55,410 bases of DNA from Clostridia bacterium (lineage in GTDB: Bacteria; Bacillota; Clostridia; RGIG6154), in contig JAZNOU010000008.1 in the NCBI GenBank assembly GCA_045589295.1, positions 1 to 55,410 on the forward strand. The letters are read 5' to 3'. This document shows, piece after piece, positions 38,876 to 50,680 of this stretch (positions within the stretch are counted from its first letter, which is position 1; every line of letters starts with the position of its first letter). Below the pieces are notes generated by a model that saw only the letters and a list, made by a program, of their open reading frames with translations, had not been told where the DNA came from and ran no database searches. Both the position numbers and the translations under genes were made by a program.

Positions 38876-40639
38876 TTATAATTCAGTAGGTTTAAAATCT
38901 TCGATGGTAATTTCGGCTGTTAATTTTTCGACAAACTCTTCAACAGTCATTGTGCCAAGGTCGCCGCCCTCTCTTGAACGAACCGCGACTTTTCCTTCTT
39001 CAATTTCCTTGTCACCGGCGATAAGCATATATGGAATTTTTTCAAGCTGAGCCTGACGGATTTTGTAACCCATTTTTTCGTTTCTGTAATCAGCCTCAAC
39101 TCTGAATCCCGCTTTTGTGAGGGCATCTTTTACACCTGCGATGTAATCTGCCTGTTTTTCAGAAATAGGGATAAGTTTAACCTGAGTTGGTGCAAGCCAA
39201 GCCGGGAAAGCACCTGCATATTTTTCAATTAATAATGCCAAAGTTCTTTCATAGCAACCGATTGAAGTTCTGTGGATAATATAAGGATTTTTCTTTGATC
39301 CGTCAGAATCCACATATTCCATTCCGAATTTTTCAGCAAGCATCTGGTCAATCTGAATTGTGATAAGTGTATCTTCTTTACCAAATACGTTTTTAATCTG
39401 AATATCAAGTTTTGGTCCGTAGAATGCTGCTTCGCCAACACCGATTTTGTAGTCAATACCAAGCTTGTCAAGGATATTTTTCATTGTACCCTGAGCTTCA
39501 TCCCACTGTTCTTTTGTGCCGATATATTTTTCAGTATCTTCAGGGTCCCACTGTGAGAATCTGTATGATACATCTTCATAAAGGCCAAGAGTTTTAAGCA
39601 TATAAATTGCCATTTCGAGGCAGTTTTTAAATTCCTGTTCAAGCTGATCAGGTCTGCACATCAAGTGACCTTCTGAAATAGTAAATTGTCTTACTCTGAT
39701 AAGACCATGCATTTCGCCTGATGCTTCATTTCTGAAGAGTGTTGATGTTTCGCCATAGCGAAGTGGCAAATCTCTGTATGATCTCATTTCGTGCAAGTAT
39801 GCCTGATACTGGAACGGACAAGTCATAGGACGAAGTGCAAAAACTTCTTTGTCCACTTTTTCGTCGCCCATTACAAACATACCGTCCTGATAGTGATCCC
39901 AGTGGCCTGATACTTTGTAAAGGTCGCTCTTTGCCATAAGCGGTGTTTTGGTTCTGAGCCAGCCGTGTCTTTCTTCTGTATCTTCAACAAATCTCTGCAA
40001 AATCTGTAAAAGTTTTGTTCCCTTTGGAAGCATAATCGGAAGACCCTGACCGATAAGATCGCAAGTTGTGAAAATTCCAAGTTCACGACCTAATTTATTA
40101 TGGTCACGTTTTTTTGCTTCTTCAAGTTTTTCCAAGTGTGCAGCCAGATCATCTTTGTTAGCAAAAGCTGTTGCATAAATTCTCTGGAGCATTTTGTTTT
40201 TCTCATTACCTCTCCAGTATGCGCCTGTTACGCTCAAAAGCTTGAACGCTTTAACTTTCGAAGTATAGTTAAGATGCGGGCCAGCGCAAAGGTCAGTAAA
40301 TTCTCCCTGCTTGTAGAATGAAATAACCTCTCCTTCGGGAAGCTCGTTAATAAGTTCCACTTTGTAAGGTTGGTCTTTCATCAACTCTAAAGCCTCATCT
40401 TTAGGGAGCTCAAATCTTTCGATTTTAAGGTTTTCCTTTGCAATTTTTTTCATTTCTGCTTCAATCTTTTCCAAATCTTCATTTGTCAAAGTCTTGGTGG
40501 TATCAAAATCATAATAAAACCCATCATCAATAGCAGGACCGATAGCAAGTTTTGTATCGGGATATAATCTTAAAACAGCCTGAGCCATAACGTGAGACGC
40601 AGTATGTCTTAACACACTAAGTTCATCAGAATAGTTCAT
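38876..40639 (-). CDS. thrS: Threonine--tRNA ligase
   Basis: RHTASH, DLCAGPH, RPMTCP, GEAAFYGPK, IHR. Confidence 0.96.
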   Translation of the reverse strand: MNYSDELSVLRHTASHVMAQAVLRLYPDTKLAIGPAIDDGFYYDFDTTKTLTNEDLEKIEAEMKKIAKENLKIERFELPKDEALELMKDQPYKVELINELPEGEVISFYKQGEFTDLCAGPHLNYTSKVKAFKLLSVTGAYWRGNEKNKMLQRIYATAFANKDDLAAHLEKLEEAKKRDHNKLGRELGIFTTCDLIGQGLPIMLPKGTKLLQILQRFVEDTEERHGWLRTKTPLMAKSDLYKVSGHWDHYQDGMFVMGDEKVDKEVFALRPMTCPFQYQAYLHEMRSYRDLPLRYGETSTLFRNEASGEMHGLIRVRQFTISEGHLMCRPDQLEQEFKNCLEMAIYMLKTLGLYEDVSYRFSQWDPEDTEKYIGTKEQWDEAQGTMKNILDKLGIDYKIGVGEAAFYGPKLDIQIKNVFGKEDTLITIQIDQMLAEKFGMEYVDSDGSKKNPYIIHRTSIGCYERTLALLIEKYAGAFPAWLAPTQVKLIPISEKQADYIAGVKDALTKAGFRVEADYRNEKMGYKIRQAQLEKIPYMLIAGDKEIEEGKVAVRSREGGDLGTMTVEEFVEKLTAEITIEDFKPTEL

Positions 40640-40700
40640 AAAAATCTTCCTTTCGCATTTTACACTATTTCTAGTATTGTACCATTTTTTGCGAAAAAAG

Positions 40701-41318
40701 TCAACCTATGATGTTGTTTATAACCTCTATTATCTTAAATTTTACTAAGACCTCATTTCCATTCTTTGTTACTATTTCAAAAGCGCTTTTTCCAAGCTGT
40801 TTTTTCAAGGTTTCATACTCTTTGTCACTTACCTGTTTTATTGTTCCGTCGGTAAAACAAAGAGGAGGAAACATAACACACCACCAATTATCCCCTTTTC
40901 CGCTTCCCAAGACAATTTTAAGTGCTTTGTAGTTCCCGGCAGGAAGACTTATTTTATCATAATCTTTGGTTGGAAAATCAGAATACGAAACATATGCTTC
41001 TGCCCCGTATTGCGCCCCCAACTCATTAAGCCATAAATTCACATCATTTTGTATATCAGCAAGTTTATCGCTTATAATGATTTCGGCATCGCTTACACTT
41101 GTAGCACCACTTAAATAACTCCCATACTTTTTTATAACCCTGTCTCTTATTTTAAGCTTTATTGACTGGTCATACGGCGAGTTGCTGTTTGCCGGAATAT
41201 GGAGTCTTAAAACTCCGTTAGTAATTTCGGTTGTCCTTGCATCTGCATAATAAAATGCGGCACTTACTAAAAGTGCCGCAATGAAAAATATAACTGTTAG
41301 TTTTCTCATTTTTGTCAC
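40701..41318 (-). CDS. spoIIR: Stage II sporulation protein R
   Basis: LRLHIPANSNS..DQ.IK...RD, FPTKDY, G.G.NWWCVMFPPLC. Confidence 0.92.
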   Translation of the reverse strand: MTKMRKLTVIFFIAALLVSAAFYYADARTTEITNGVLRLHIPANSNSPYDQSIKLKIRDRVIKKYGSYLSGATSVSDAEIIISDKLADIQNDVNLWLNELGAQYGAEAYVSYSDFPTKDYDKISLPAGNYKALKIVLGSGKGDNWWCVMFPPLCFTDGTIKQVSDKEYETLKKQLGKSAFEIVTKNGNEVLVKFKIIEVINNIIG

Positions 41319-41364
41319 CTCTTTACAAGGTGATTATAGACCAATTTTTGAAATAATATACTCC

Positions 41365-42228
41365 TTACTCAAAAAGTGTCTTTGTAACACAAGTATACGA
41401 AACGTGTTTTTTTAGTTCTTCTGTAGCTTTTTGCGCTTGTTTTTCATTTTCAAACAATCCAAAAACTGTAGGGCCGCTACCTGTCATTATAGTCCCCAGT
41501 GCACCATAATCAAGCATTATGCTCTTCAAATTATTAATTATTGTATGCTTTTTAGCAGTAACAGTTTCAAGCACATTATACATTCTTTTGCTTACTGCAT
41601 ATATATCTCCATTTTCTATTGCATCAATAATTCCCTTTGTATCAGGATGCGCTGTGATTTTCTTGGCATCCAGACTTTTAAACACTTCCGCAGTGCTTAC
41701 CGACATATCGGGCTTTGCAAGGCAAACAGTTGTTTCGGGAAATTGCTTTATCGGAGTAAGTATTTCTCCTATTCCCTCTGCCAAAGCTGTTTTCCCATAG
41801 ATGCAGTAAGGTACATCTGCTCCTATTTTTACTCCGATTTCCATTAAAGTTTTATCATCAGCATTTATGCCCGTCATCTTATTTAAAGCCTTTAAAACTC
41901 CCGCCGCATTACAACTTCCACCTGCCATTCCTGCAGCAACAGGAATATTTTTTTCTATAAATATCTTGACACCTGTGTTTTTTATGTTAAAATATTCTAT
42001 AAATAAGGCTGCTGCCTTATATGCAATGTTGGATTTGTCATTTGGCAGATATTTAACACTCGTTCCAACTTCGATTTCTGCATTTTTTGTAAGTTCAATA
42101 CTAACCGAGTCGTAAATCGCAAGGCTTTGCATAATCATTCTAAGCTCATGATAACCGTCAGGTCTTTTTGAAAGTACATCTAAAGAGATATTTATTTTAG
42201 GATGTGTTTTAATAATCATCTTGTCCAA
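41365..42228 (-). CDS. ispE: 4-diphosphocytidyl-2-C-methyl-D-erythritol kinase (start approximate)
   Basis: [40 protein letters not shown]. Confidence 0.93.
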   Translation of the reverse strand: MDKMIIKTHPKINISLDVLSKRPDGYHELRMIMQSLAIYDSVSIELTKNAEIEVGTSVKYLPNDKSNIAYKAAALFIEYFNIKNTGVKIFIEKNIPVAAGMAGGSCNAAGVLKALNKMTGINADDKTLMEIGVKIGADVPYCIYGKTALAEGIGEILTPIKQFPETTVCLAKPDMSVSTAEVFKSLDAKKITAHPDTKGIIDAIENGDIYAVSKRMYNVLETVTAKKHTIINNLKSIMLDYGALGTIMTGSGPTVFGLFENEKQAQKATEELKKHVSYTCVTKTLFE

Positions 42229-42308
42229 AACTAACATTCCTTTCATTGTATATTTGCAGTCGCTCCATCAACAATTCAATATTTAAAAACACCAAGGAGG
42301 AAGAAAAA

Positions 42309-42470
42309 ATGGATAAATATGAATGTGTATTGTGTGGATATGTATACGACCCCGAAATCGGCGAGCCCGATTTAGGAATTGAACCGGGAACTCCATTTGA
42401 TGAATTGCCTGAGGATTTTGTATGTCCTTTGTGCGAGGCAAGTCTTGATGAGTTTGAAATCGTGGAATAA
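42309..42470 (+). CDS. Rubredoxin
   Basis: CVLCGYVYD...CPLC; AAGGAGG RBS. Confidence 0.93.
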   Translation: MDKYECVLCGYVYDPEIGEPDLGIEPGTPFDELPEDFVCPLCEASLDEFEIVE

Positions 42471-42476
42471 TCTTTT

Positions 42477-42504
42477 TCGCACCGCTATTGCGGTGCGATT
42501 TTTT
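42477..42504 (+). terminator. Intrinsic terminator
   Basis: tcgcaccgc-tatt-gcggtgcga-tttttt. Confidence 0.8.
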
Positions 42505-42608
42505 AATTTGTAGAAAATTACAACTTTTAAGTTGTAATGACGAAAAATCATAAAAGTCTACTTCTTTTTGTGAGCAAAGCGAATATTTAATTGGCGAAGC
42601 CGACTTTT

Positions 42609-43895
42609 TTATATTTCAGATAAAATTCTATTTCTTGATTTTTCGACCTTTGCTGCAACATATTCAACGTCTATTGTTGTAAAATTGCCGTTTTGGTAAA
42701 CAACCCTTCCATCAACAACCGTCATAACTACTGAGCTGGTCGGCATTGAATAAACAAAATTATTTAAAAGATTGTGGCAAGGTTTCATTGAAATTTCGTT
42801 CAGATCATAAATTACGAAATCCGCCTTGTTACCAACTTTAATACACCCGCAATCTTCTCTTCCCTGAGCAATGGCACCATTTTGTGTTCCGATTTTAACA
42901 AGTTGTTTTGGACTTATTACATCCGCCTCTGAGTTTGTTGGATTGTGCATTATTGATGCAAATCTTATATCTTCAAACAAGTTAAAATTATTATTGCTGG
43001 CAACACCATCTGTTCCAACTGCAACATTAATCCCCATCTGAAGGATTTTCTCAAGTCTTGCAAATCCGCTTCCCAACTTCAAATTACTCATAGGATTATG
43101 AACAGCCGTAACAGAGTAGTTTTTATAAATTTCAAGGTCTTTATCTGTAAGCCATACGGAATGAGCTGCATTAACTTTTGCATTAAAAATTCCGCATTTT
43201 TCAAGATATTCCGTTGGAGTAAGTCCATGACGGGCAATACACTCGTCAGTTTCCTTTTTTGTTTCACATACGTGAATGTGAAGCCGTTCGTTTTTGCCCT
43301 TTAAATACTCACCCAGCTCTTTTACAATTTTTTCTGTTGTAATGTACTCTGAATGAAGGCTAAAGTCCGCTTTAATTTTTCCATCGGCAATATTGTTGCA
43401 AATTTCATGAAGCTCAAGCTCTTCATTAAAATTCTTATTTTCTTTAAGTCCGCCGTCACCAAATTCTGTGGTTCCTGCACAGATATTAAGCTTAATTCCT
43501 GAGCTTTTTGCCGCCTCAACTATTGATTTGGGATGAAAATACATTTCTGTTGCACTTACTGTCCCAAACCTGAACATTTCTGCCATCCCCAAAAGAGAAG
43601 CATAGTAAACATCTTCTTCATTCATTTTTGCTTCAAAGGGGAAAACCTTAGTGTTAAGCCAATCCTGAAGTTTCAAATTTTCGGCATAACCGCGTAGAAG
43701 CGTCATTGGAAGATGCGTATGACAGTTAAACCATCCGTTTGTAAGGAGCTTATTTTTGCCGTTAATTTTCTCTCCGTAGTCTTTGCTTGGAGCAACATCT
43801 GAAATGTATACTATTTTTTCATTTTCTGTTGCAACAAACATATTTTCTCTTACGTTTAAAAATTCGTCAATTAAAGTGATATTTTCAAAAAGCAT
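42609..43895 (-). CDS. Amidohydrolase, MTA/SAH deaminase (MtaD)-like
   Basis: NCHTH, HIHVCET, AHSVW, GTDG. Confidence 0.82.
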   Translation of the reverse strand: MLFENITLIDEFLNVRENMFVATENEKIVYISDVAPSKDYGEKINGKNKLLTNGWFNCHTHLPMTLLRGYAENLKLQDWLNTKVFPFEAKMNEEDVYYASLLGMAEMFRFGTVSATEMYFHPKSIVEAAKSSGIKLNICAGTTEFGDGGLKENKNFNEELELHEICNNIADGKIKADFSLHSEYITTEKIVKELGEYLKGKNERLHIHVCETKKETDECIARHGLTPTEYLEKCGIFNAKVNAAHSVWLTDKDLEIYKNYSVTAVHNPMSNLKLGSGFARLEKILQMGINVAVGTDGVASNNNFNLFEDIRFASIMHNPTNSEADVISPKQLVKIGTQNGAIAQGREDCGCIKVGNKADFVIYDLNEISMKPCHNLLNNFVYSMPTSSVVMTVVDGRVVYQNGNFTTIDVEYVAAKVEKSRNRILSEI

Positions 43896-43899
43896 TTTC

Positions 43900-44505
43900 T
43901 CACCCCTTAATCTCGGTTCTGTTTTCTAAAGCTTTGCTCAAAGTAACCTGGTCGGCATATTCAATATCTCCGCCTATAGGTATACCTTTTGCAATCCTTG
44001 TAACTTTAATTTCAAAGGGCAAAATAAGTCTTGCAATATAAGACCCCGTTGCCTCGCCTTCAATATTTGGATTAGTTGCAATAATCACTTCATTTACAGT
44101 ACCGTCAGCAAGTCTTTTTACAAGTTCTTTAATTTTTATATCTTCAGGTTTAATGCCATCCATAGGCGAAATAACACCATGGAGAACGTGATAAAGCCCC
44201 TTAAACTCTCCTGTTTTTTCCATTGCAACAACATCTGCAGGTGACTCAACTACACAAATAACAGACTTATCTCTTTTTACATCTGCACATATTCTGCATG
44301 GTTGTTCGTCAGTTAAGTTACAACAAACATCACAGTATCCCACTTTTTGCTTTGCATCGCAAATAGCAGAAACTAAACCGCTTGCTTTTTCTTCGGAAAG
44401 TCCCAACACGTAAAACGCCATACGTTGAGCAGATTTTCTTCCTACTCCCGGCATTTTACGAAATTCTTCTATTAACTTTTCAACAGTAACTGCATAGTAA
44501 TCCAT
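43900..44505 (-). CDS. recR: Recombination mediator RecR
   Basis: [11 protein letters not shown]4 zinc finger, YHVLHG, EGEAT. Confidence 0.96.
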   Translation of the reverse strand: MDYYAVTVEKLIEEFRKMPGVGRKSAQRMAFYVLGLSEEKASGLVSAICDAKQKVGYCDVCCNLTDEQPCRICADVKRDKSVICVVESPADVVAMEKTGEFKGLYHVLHGVISPMDGIKPEDIKIKELVKRLADGTVNEVIIATNPNIEGEATGSYIARLILPFEIKVTRIAKGIPIGGDIEYADQVTLSKALENRTEIKG

Positions 44506-44516
44506 ATCTATCCGTC

Positions 44517-46757
44517 CTATTTTGTATCTCTGTAATAGTTAATAAGGCAACCTGACAAAATAATCTGTCTTTCATCATCAGTAAGATTTGAAAGTTCTAA
44601 ATTAAGTTCTTTCACATCTTTGCCGATAACGTAAGCTTTAATATCAGAAACTTTGTTTTCAACTGCATCTTTGATATTTGGAACAAAGATATAATCGCCT
44701 TTTTCAAAGTTTACTTCTTGTTTGATTATAAACGGAAGCATACCCCAGTTAATAAGATTGCTTCTGTATCTCTTTGTTGCATATTCTGTAGCAATATTTG
44801 CCCATCCACCTAAAACTTTCTGACAAGATGCTGCCTGTTCTCTTGCAGAACCATCACCTGGTTTTGTGGCATATACAACACTACCGATACCTGTATTTTT
44901 AATATTTTCTGTATATTTTGAAGCTTTTTCAAACACTTCTTTAAGTTCAGGAAGTGTTTCTACAGGACAATTACCTGCAAGTCTTGCTTTTTCTGCTACC
45001 TGAATTGCTTTTGCATTTTCAACATAATCAGGCGCTTTTCTTGAAAGAGTAAATTCAGCCAATTTCAAAGGATTTGAGCGATAAGATGATGTTTCACCTG
45101 ATGGAATAAGTTCATCAGTTGTAGTAACAGGATCGTTAATAACACAGGCAACCTTCAAAAGAAGATTTTCTGTTAAGTTGCTCATTTCAGGCCAGTCTGC
45201 GATGTTTGGACCGAATTTTAATTCTTCTTCAGGTTTTGCGTTTCCAAAACCGTTATATACTCTGTTTTTGTAAACAGTATCATCAAACTTAAATTCAGGA
45301 ACATTGTATTCTATATCCAAATCTGTTGCTGCAGTCAAGAACCCTTTGTTTGCTGCAGTTGCCGCAATTGAACGAGCATCCATAAGTGCAACAGATGCAA
45401 TCTGACCGCCTGATGGTTTTGAACCTTCTCTGTTCGGGAAGTTTCTTGTTGAATGTCTTATTGACAAGCCGTTATTTGCAGGAACATCACCTGCACCAAA
45501 GCAAGGACCGCAGAATGCAGTTTTAACTGTAACACCCGCTGTCATAAGTTCTGCGATAACCTGATTCTGAGTAAGGCCAATAAATACAGGCTGGCTCGCA
45601 GGATAAACACTCATTGCGAATTCGCCGTTACCGATTGATTTGCCTCTTAAAATATCTGCAGCTGCACAAAGGTTGTCAAATGTACCACCTGCACAACCTG
45701 CAATAATACCCTGTTCAACTTTAACCTTGCCATCTACAATCTTATCTGTAAGTTTAAAGTTAACATTTGTTCCTTCAAGCTGAATTTTTGCTTCATCTTC
45801 AACTTTTTTCAAAATGTCATAAGGATTCTTTACAACATCTTCAACTGTATAAACATTACTTGGGTGGAAAGGCATTGCAATCATAGGTTTAACCTTTGAA
45901 AGATCAACTTTAACCACTCTGTCGTAATATGCGTTTTCATTTGGTGTAATCTTTGTATAATCTTCTTTTCTTCCGCGAACTTCAAAGTATTTTTCAGTTT
46001 TATCGTCAGTTTCCCAGATTGATGTAAGGCATGTTGTTTCAGTTGTCATAACATCAATGCCGATACGGAATTCAATAGGAAGATTTTTAATTCCAGGGCC
46101 AACAAATTCCATAACAGAATTCTTAACATAACCGTTCTTAAATGTCGCACCGATTATGGCAAGTGCTACGTCCTGAGGACCAACACCCTTTTGAACATCG
46201 CCTTCTAAATAAATTGCAACAACATCAGGCATATCAATGTCGTATGTTTTGCAAAGGAGCTGTTTAACAAGTTCAGGGCCACCTTCACCGATTGCCATTG
46301 TACCGAGTGCGCCGTATCTTGTATGGCTGTCAGAACCTAAAATCATCTTGCCCGGTGCTGACATCATTTCTCTCATATACTGGTGAATAACTGCCTGGTG
46401 AGCAGGAACATAAATTCCGCCGTATTTTACAGCAGCAGAAAGACCAAACACGTGGTCATCTTCGTTAATTGTTCCGCCTACTGCGCACAAACTGTTATGG
46501 CAGTTTGTAAGAACATAAGGAATCGGGAATTTATCAAGTCCGCTTGCTCTTGCAGTCTGGATAATACCAACATAAGTAATATCGTGTGATGCCATTGCAT
46601 CAAACTTAATTTTAAGTTTATCTTCATTTCCGGATGTGTTGTGGCTCTGCAAAATGCGATAAGCCATTGTATTTTTTCTGGCAACGTTTTTGTCAACAGA
46701 AGATTCTTCTGAAAGTTCTCCACCTACTAAAAACTGCCCGTCTAAAAGCTTTATCAT
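44517..46757 (-). CDS. Aconitase-family hydratase (YbhJ-like)
   Basis: [35 protein letters not shown]. Confidence 0.9.
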   Translation of the reverse strand: MIKLLDGQFLVGGELSEESSVDKNVARKNTMAYRILQSHNTSGNEDKLKIKFDAMASHDITYVGIIQTARASGLDKFPIPYVLTNCHNSLCAVGGTINEDDHVFGLSAAVKYGGIYVPAHQAVIHQYMREMMSAPGKMILGSDSHTRYGALGTMAIGEGGPELVKQLLCKTYDIDMPDVVAIYLEGDVQKGVGPQDVALAIIGATFKNGYVKNSVMEFVGPGIKNLPIEFRIGIDVMTTETTCLTSIWETDDKTEKYFEVRGRKEDYTKITPNENAYYDRVVKVDLSKVKPMIAMPFHPSNVYTVEDVVKNPYDILKKVEDEAKIQLEGTNVNFKLTDKIVDGKVKVEQGIIAGCAGGTFDNLCAAADILRGKSIGNGEFAMSVYPASQPVFIGLTQNQVIAELMTAGVTVKTAFCGPCFGAGDVPANNGLSIRHSTRNFPNREGSKPSGGQIASVALMDARSIAATAANKGFLTAATDLDIEYNVPEFKFDDTVYKNRVYNGFGNAKPEEELKFGPNIADWPEMSNLTENLLLKVACVINDPVTTTDELIPSGETSSYRSNPLKLAEFTLSRKAPDYVENAKAIQVAEKARLAGNCPVETLPELKEVFEKASKYTENIKNTGIGSVVYATKPGDGSAREQAASCQKVLGGWANIATEYATKRYRSNLINWGMLPFIIKQEVNFEKGDYIFVPNIKDAVENKVSDIKAYVIGKDVKELNLELSNLTDDERQIILSGCLINYYRDTK

Positions 46758-46862
46758 TTTAAAACTTCCTTTCACTTTTGTAATGCAACTAATACTCTAA
46801 ATTATATTATAGCACAAATCGACTTGTTTTTCAATGATTTATTTTAAAAACAAAAAGAGGCT

Positions 46863-48515
46863 TTACGCCTCTTTTTTACACATTCTTTTTGCTATTTCAA
46901 GTGCTTCGTCAATATTTTCTGCGAATGAATTTTCGCCCACCATATCGTAAAAGCCTGATTTTTTCATTACAGACATAGGCTGGTCATTAACGTGCGAGAA
47001 AATAACTGAAATTTTATTCTGACAACAAAATTCGTAAACTTTTGCAAGTGTCTGCAGTGCTGACACATCAAGAGAAGGAACATTTCGCATTCTTAAAATT
47101 ATTACTTTTAATCCCGTTTTTACAGGAATTGATGCAACTACGTCGCTTGTTGCGAAAAACATTGGTCCATCTATTTCAAATACCTGAGTTTTTTCAGGAA
47201 CTTCTTTTAATCTTTCTCTAATGCTTTCTTCCGCTTCGTCTACTTTTGTCCAAGGTCTGACGTGTGTTACCTCTGTCATCCTCTTCATAAACAAAACAAC
47301 CGCAACCAAAAGACCTATTTCAATAGCAACCACCAAATCAAACACAACGGTTAAAACAAAGGTCAAAACAAGCACTATAATATCACTTTTAGGTGCTGTT
47401 TTGCAAATTTTCACAAACTGACGCCATTCGCTCATATTATAAGCTACCATGAATAAAACTGCCGCAATAACAGGCATTGGAATCCACGCTGCATAAGGCA
47501 TTAAAACAACTAAAACAAGAAGCAAAACTATGGCGTGAACTATGCCTGAAACAGGTGTTTTACCACCATTTTTAACATTAGCCGCAGTTCTTGCAATAGC
47601 ACCCGTTGCAGGTATTCCACCAAAAAGACCTGAACATATATTTCCTGCACCCTGAGCAATCAATTCTGTGTTTGAATTATGTCTGTCCCCTATCATTCCA
47701 TCCGAAACAACACATGATAGCAGCGATTCAATCGCCGCTAATATTGCAATTGTAAACGCACTTGGAATAAGTTGTTTAATCATAGCAAAATCGACTTGTG
47801 GTACTGAAAAAGCAGGAAGCGACTTTGAAATTGTATATAAATCCCCGATTGTGTTTACATTCATTTTAAACACGCTTACTATCACAGTTCCTGCAACAAC
47901 TGCAATCAAAGAACCTGGAATTTTTTTGGACACCTTTGGCCAGAAAATCAAAATCAAAAGTGCAATCACACCGACCAAAACTGCCTGCCAGTTAATTGTT
48001 GAAATTGAATTTACAACACAAGCAAGTTTTTCTGTTGTTTCAACAGCGTGGGCACCTTCAGGGAATGTAAGACCCATAAAATCTTTGAGTTGGCCTATTA
48101 AAATTGTTACCGCAATACCAGAGGTAAACCCAGTTGTTATTGTGTAAGGTATGTACTTTATTAACGCACCAAGTTTAAACACACCCATCAAAATAAGCAT
48201 AATGCCCGCCATTATTGTTGCTACAACAAGTCCCTCTGTACCAAAAGTTGCAACAATCCCTGCAACTATGGTTGCAAAAGCAGCAGTAGGACCTGAAATG
48301 TTTACCTTGCTTCCACCTAAAAGAGCAATTACAAAGCCTGCCACGATTGCAGTATAAAGGCCTTTTTCAGGAGCAACACCTGATGCAATAGCAAGAGCTA
48401 TAGAAAGAGGCAGAGCGATGATAGCTACAATTATACCTGCTATAACATCAGATGTAAAAGTTTTAGCATTGTAATTTTTAAGTTCCGAAAAAAGTTTCGG
48501 ACTGAAAATTTTCAT
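46863..48515 (-). CDS. SulP family anion transporter with STAS domain
   Basis: ALPLSIALAIASG, SGPTAA, GAIARTAAN, DGPMFF. Confidence 0.93.
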   Translation of the reverse strand: MKIFSPKLFSELKNYNAKTFTSDVIAGIIVAIIALPLSIALAIASGVAPEKGLYTAIVAGFVIALLGGSKVNISGPTAAFATIVAGIVATFGTEGLVVATIMAGIMLILMGVFKLGALIKYIPYTITTGFTSGIAVTILIGQLKDFMGLTFPEGAHAVETTEKLACVVNSISTINWQAVLVGVIALLILIFWPKVSKKIPGSLIAVVAGTVIVSVFKMNVNTIGDLYTISKSLPAFSVPQVDFAMIKQLIPSAFTIAILAAIESLLSCVVSDGMIGDRHNSNTELIAQGAGNICSGLFGGIPATGAIARTAANVKNGGKTPVSGIVHAIVLLLVLVVLMPYAAWIPMPVIAAVLFMVAYNMSEWRQFVKICKTAPKSDIIVLVLTFVLTVVFDLVVAIEIGLLVAVVLFMKRMTEVTHVRPWTKVDEAEESIRERLKEVPEKTQVFEIDGPMFFATSDVVASIPVKTGLKVIILRMRNVPSLDVSALQTLAKVYEFCCQNKISVIFSHVNDQPMSVMKKSGFYDMVGENSFAENIDEALEIAKRMCKKEA

Positions 48516-48645
48516 TTTTAACCCTCCGTTTTATTTAACATACCGAAATATTTTACCACATTATCAGTGTATTTTCAAGTATTTTTGACATATAAAAATT
48601 TTTGTGGTAAACTTAAATATAATCAACTATTAAGGAGTAAGCAAA

Positions 48646-49188
48646 ATGAAACTGATGATAGCGTCCGACATTCACGGCAGTTTAAAATATTTAAACAAGC
48701 TTTTAGAATGTTATAATCATGAAAAACCAGATAAACTTATACTATTAGGTGATATTTTATACCATGGTCCAAGAAATGACCTGCCTGATGAATATAACCC
48801 TAAAGAAGTAATGAACAAATTAAACAATATAAAGGAAAATCTTCTTTGTGTCAGAGGAAACTGCGACACCGAAGTTGACCAGATGGTTTTAGAGTTTCCA
48901 ATACTTGCCGACTACGCCTTTTCTTATTACGAAAAAACAATGATTTTTATCACTCACGGGCATAAATATAATACACAAAATCCACCTATGCTGAAAAATG
49001 GTGATATCCTCTTGCACGGGCACACCCATGTTCCCGCATGCGAAAAATTCGGCGAAAATTTCTATTTAAACCCCGGCTCTGTGGCAATACCGAAGGAAAA
49101 CTCTCCTCACGGATATATGATGTTTGAAAACGGGAAGTTTTTATGGAAAGACCTTGACATGAATATTTATAAAGAATTTGAAATTTAA
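48646..49188 (+). CDS. yfcE: YfcE-family phosphodiesterase
   Basis: SDIHGS, GDILYHGPRN, RGNCD, GHTH, NPGS. Confidence 0.88.
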   Translation: MKLMIASDIHGSLKYLNKLLECYNHEKPDKLILLGDILYHGPRNDLPDEYNPKEVMNKLNNIKENLLCVRGNCDTEVDQMVLEFPILADYAFSYYEKTMIFITHGHKYNTQNPPMLKNGDILLHGHTHVPACEKFGENFYLNPGSVAIPKENSPHGYMMFENGKFLWKDLDMNIYKEFEI

Positions 49189-49215
49189 AAAAACGGTGCC
49201 TAAGCACCGTTTTTT
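49188..49215. terminator. Bidirectional terminator
   Basis: aaaaacggtgc-ctaa-gcaccgtttttt. Confidence 0.75.
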
Positions 49216-49342
49216 ATTCTTTTGTCGCGTATGCAAAAAACAATGTTTGCAAGAGTGTGTATCCGCTTTTCCTTATGCTAATCTTATGTCCTGCGAGTAA
49301 AACTCCTAAAACAACTGCTGTAAAATAAATTAAACTTTCCAT
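49214..49342 (-). CDS. Small 42-aa membrane peptide (below ORF-track cutoff)
   Basis: AGGAGG RBS, MESLIYFTAVVLGVLLAGHKISIRKSGYTLLQTLFFAYATKE*, ends at terminator. Confidence 0.6.
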   Translation of the reverse strand: MESLIYFTAVVLGVLLAGHKISIRKSGYTLLQTLFFAYATKE

Positions 49343-49425
49343 ACTTTAACCTCCTGAAAAGAAATATTTTCCTCTGACTGTGATTAAAGTATATCATTTT
49401 ATGTGGGTTATAAAACGGACAGTTG

Positions 49426-50160
49426 TTAATTTATTTCAGGCTTGAATGACGGCATAAGTTCAAGCTTGAACAGATTTGCCTTGTGTCTTTTATCAATCAT
49501 TTCCTTGGTTTCTTTATTTTCAATCTCATCTGTTCTTATGTATTTATCAAGTTCTGAATAAGTAAATCCCAGATTTTCCTCATCTGTTTTTCCGCTCAAA
49601 CCATCAATCGGCACTTTTTCAACCAAAACTTCAGGAAGCCCTAAAAATCTTCCGATTTGCTTAACCTCAGTTACAGTTAAATTGCACATAGGTGAAAAAT
49701 CCCCTGCCGCATCACCGTAACGTGTAGAATAGCCAACCCAGTCCTCCGAGAGATTACAAGTATTAACCACTCTGCCATTTACCGACTGAGAAACTGCATA
49801 AAGTGTTGTCATTCTTATTCTTGCAGGAAGATTTGTAACTGTCTGTGAAGTAATATCCAAATCCTTTGGTAAATTATTCTTAACCCCATCAACTGCATCT
49901 TTTATGTTTATAGTGTAATTCTTTATTCCAAGGTGATTAACCAACAATTCTGCCATATCAATATCGTGTTGCTCGCCGCATGGCATCAAAACGCCTATAA
50001 CCCTGTCTTTGCCAAGCGCTTTCACACAAAGAGCCGCAGCAACAGAGCTGTCTTTACCGCCCGAAATTCCCACAACGGCATTACAATCTTTCCCATTTTT
50101 ATTAAAAAATTCTCTTATCCAGTCAACGCACTGGTCAGTTATTTTCTCAACGTTAAACAT
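49426..50160 (-). CDS. nadE: NH3-dependent NAD+ synthetase
   Basis: GISGGKDS, NLPARIRM, GYSTRYGD, TDEENLG. Confidence 0.93.
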   Translation of the reverse strand: MFNVEKITDQCVDWIREFFNKNGKDCNAVVGISGGKDSSVAAALCVKALGKDRVIGVLMPCGEQHDIDMAELLVNHLGIKNYTINIKDAVDGVKNNLPKDLDITSQTVTNLPARIRMTTLYAVSQSVNGRVVNTCNLSEDWVGYSTRYGDAAGDFSPMCNLTVTEVKQIGRFLGLPEVLVEKVPIDGLSGKTDEENLGFTYSELDKYIRTDEIENKETKEMIDKRHKANLFKLELMPSFKPEIN

Positions 50161-50680
50161 TTTTGTCCCCCTTAACTTTTATCTGACAACTTTTCATTGT
50201 TTCAAGTGCCGCTTTATGAAGTTCAGGCGTTACACCTGCACAACAGCTTGCATCAACTGAAATTTCACATTCAGGAAATGCCGCTTTTAAAATGAGTGCA
50301 TTTGACACAACGCAAATATCGGTACAAAGCCCTATAAGTTCAATTTGCTTTTCACCATCACCTATAAGCTCTGGTAATTTAAAACTGCCAAATGTATATT
50401 TTTCAACTTCGGTATATTCTTTCCCTTTGAGCGCCTCTTTTATACTTTCGTCAAGTTCCCAACCGTCTGTACTTTTTATGCAGTGTTTTACAGGAAGATT
50501 TTTGCCCTCGTTAGTTTCCATATAATTTTCAAAATGAGTATCAAATGTAACAAAAATTTCTCCATCAAACTCTTTGATTTTGTTTACACAATTTTGTACT
50601 ATTGCCTGTGCCTCCTGACTTCCCAGACTGCCATTTACAAAATCCTTTTGCATATCAACTACTACTAGTATTTTTCTCAT
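50153..50680 (-). CDS. pncA: Nicotinamidase / isochorismatase-family cysteine hydrolase
   Basis: VDMQKDF, DTH, HC, GLCTDICV; overlaps nadE. Confidence 0.8.
   Translation of the reverse strand: MRKILVVVDMQKDFVNGSLGSQEAQAIVQNCVNKIKEFDGEIFVTFDTHFENYMETNEGKNLPVKHCIKSTDGWELDESIKEALKGKEYTEVEKYTFGSFKLPELIGDGEKQIELIGLCTDICVVSNALILKAAFPECEISVDASCCAGVTPELHKAALETMKSCQIKVKGDKNV

Noticed and set aside
42520-42608. REP-like remnant (gagcaaagcgaa/gcgaagccga) after the rubredoxin terminator
   Set aside because: Single short copy in the window; cannot be supported as a repeat.
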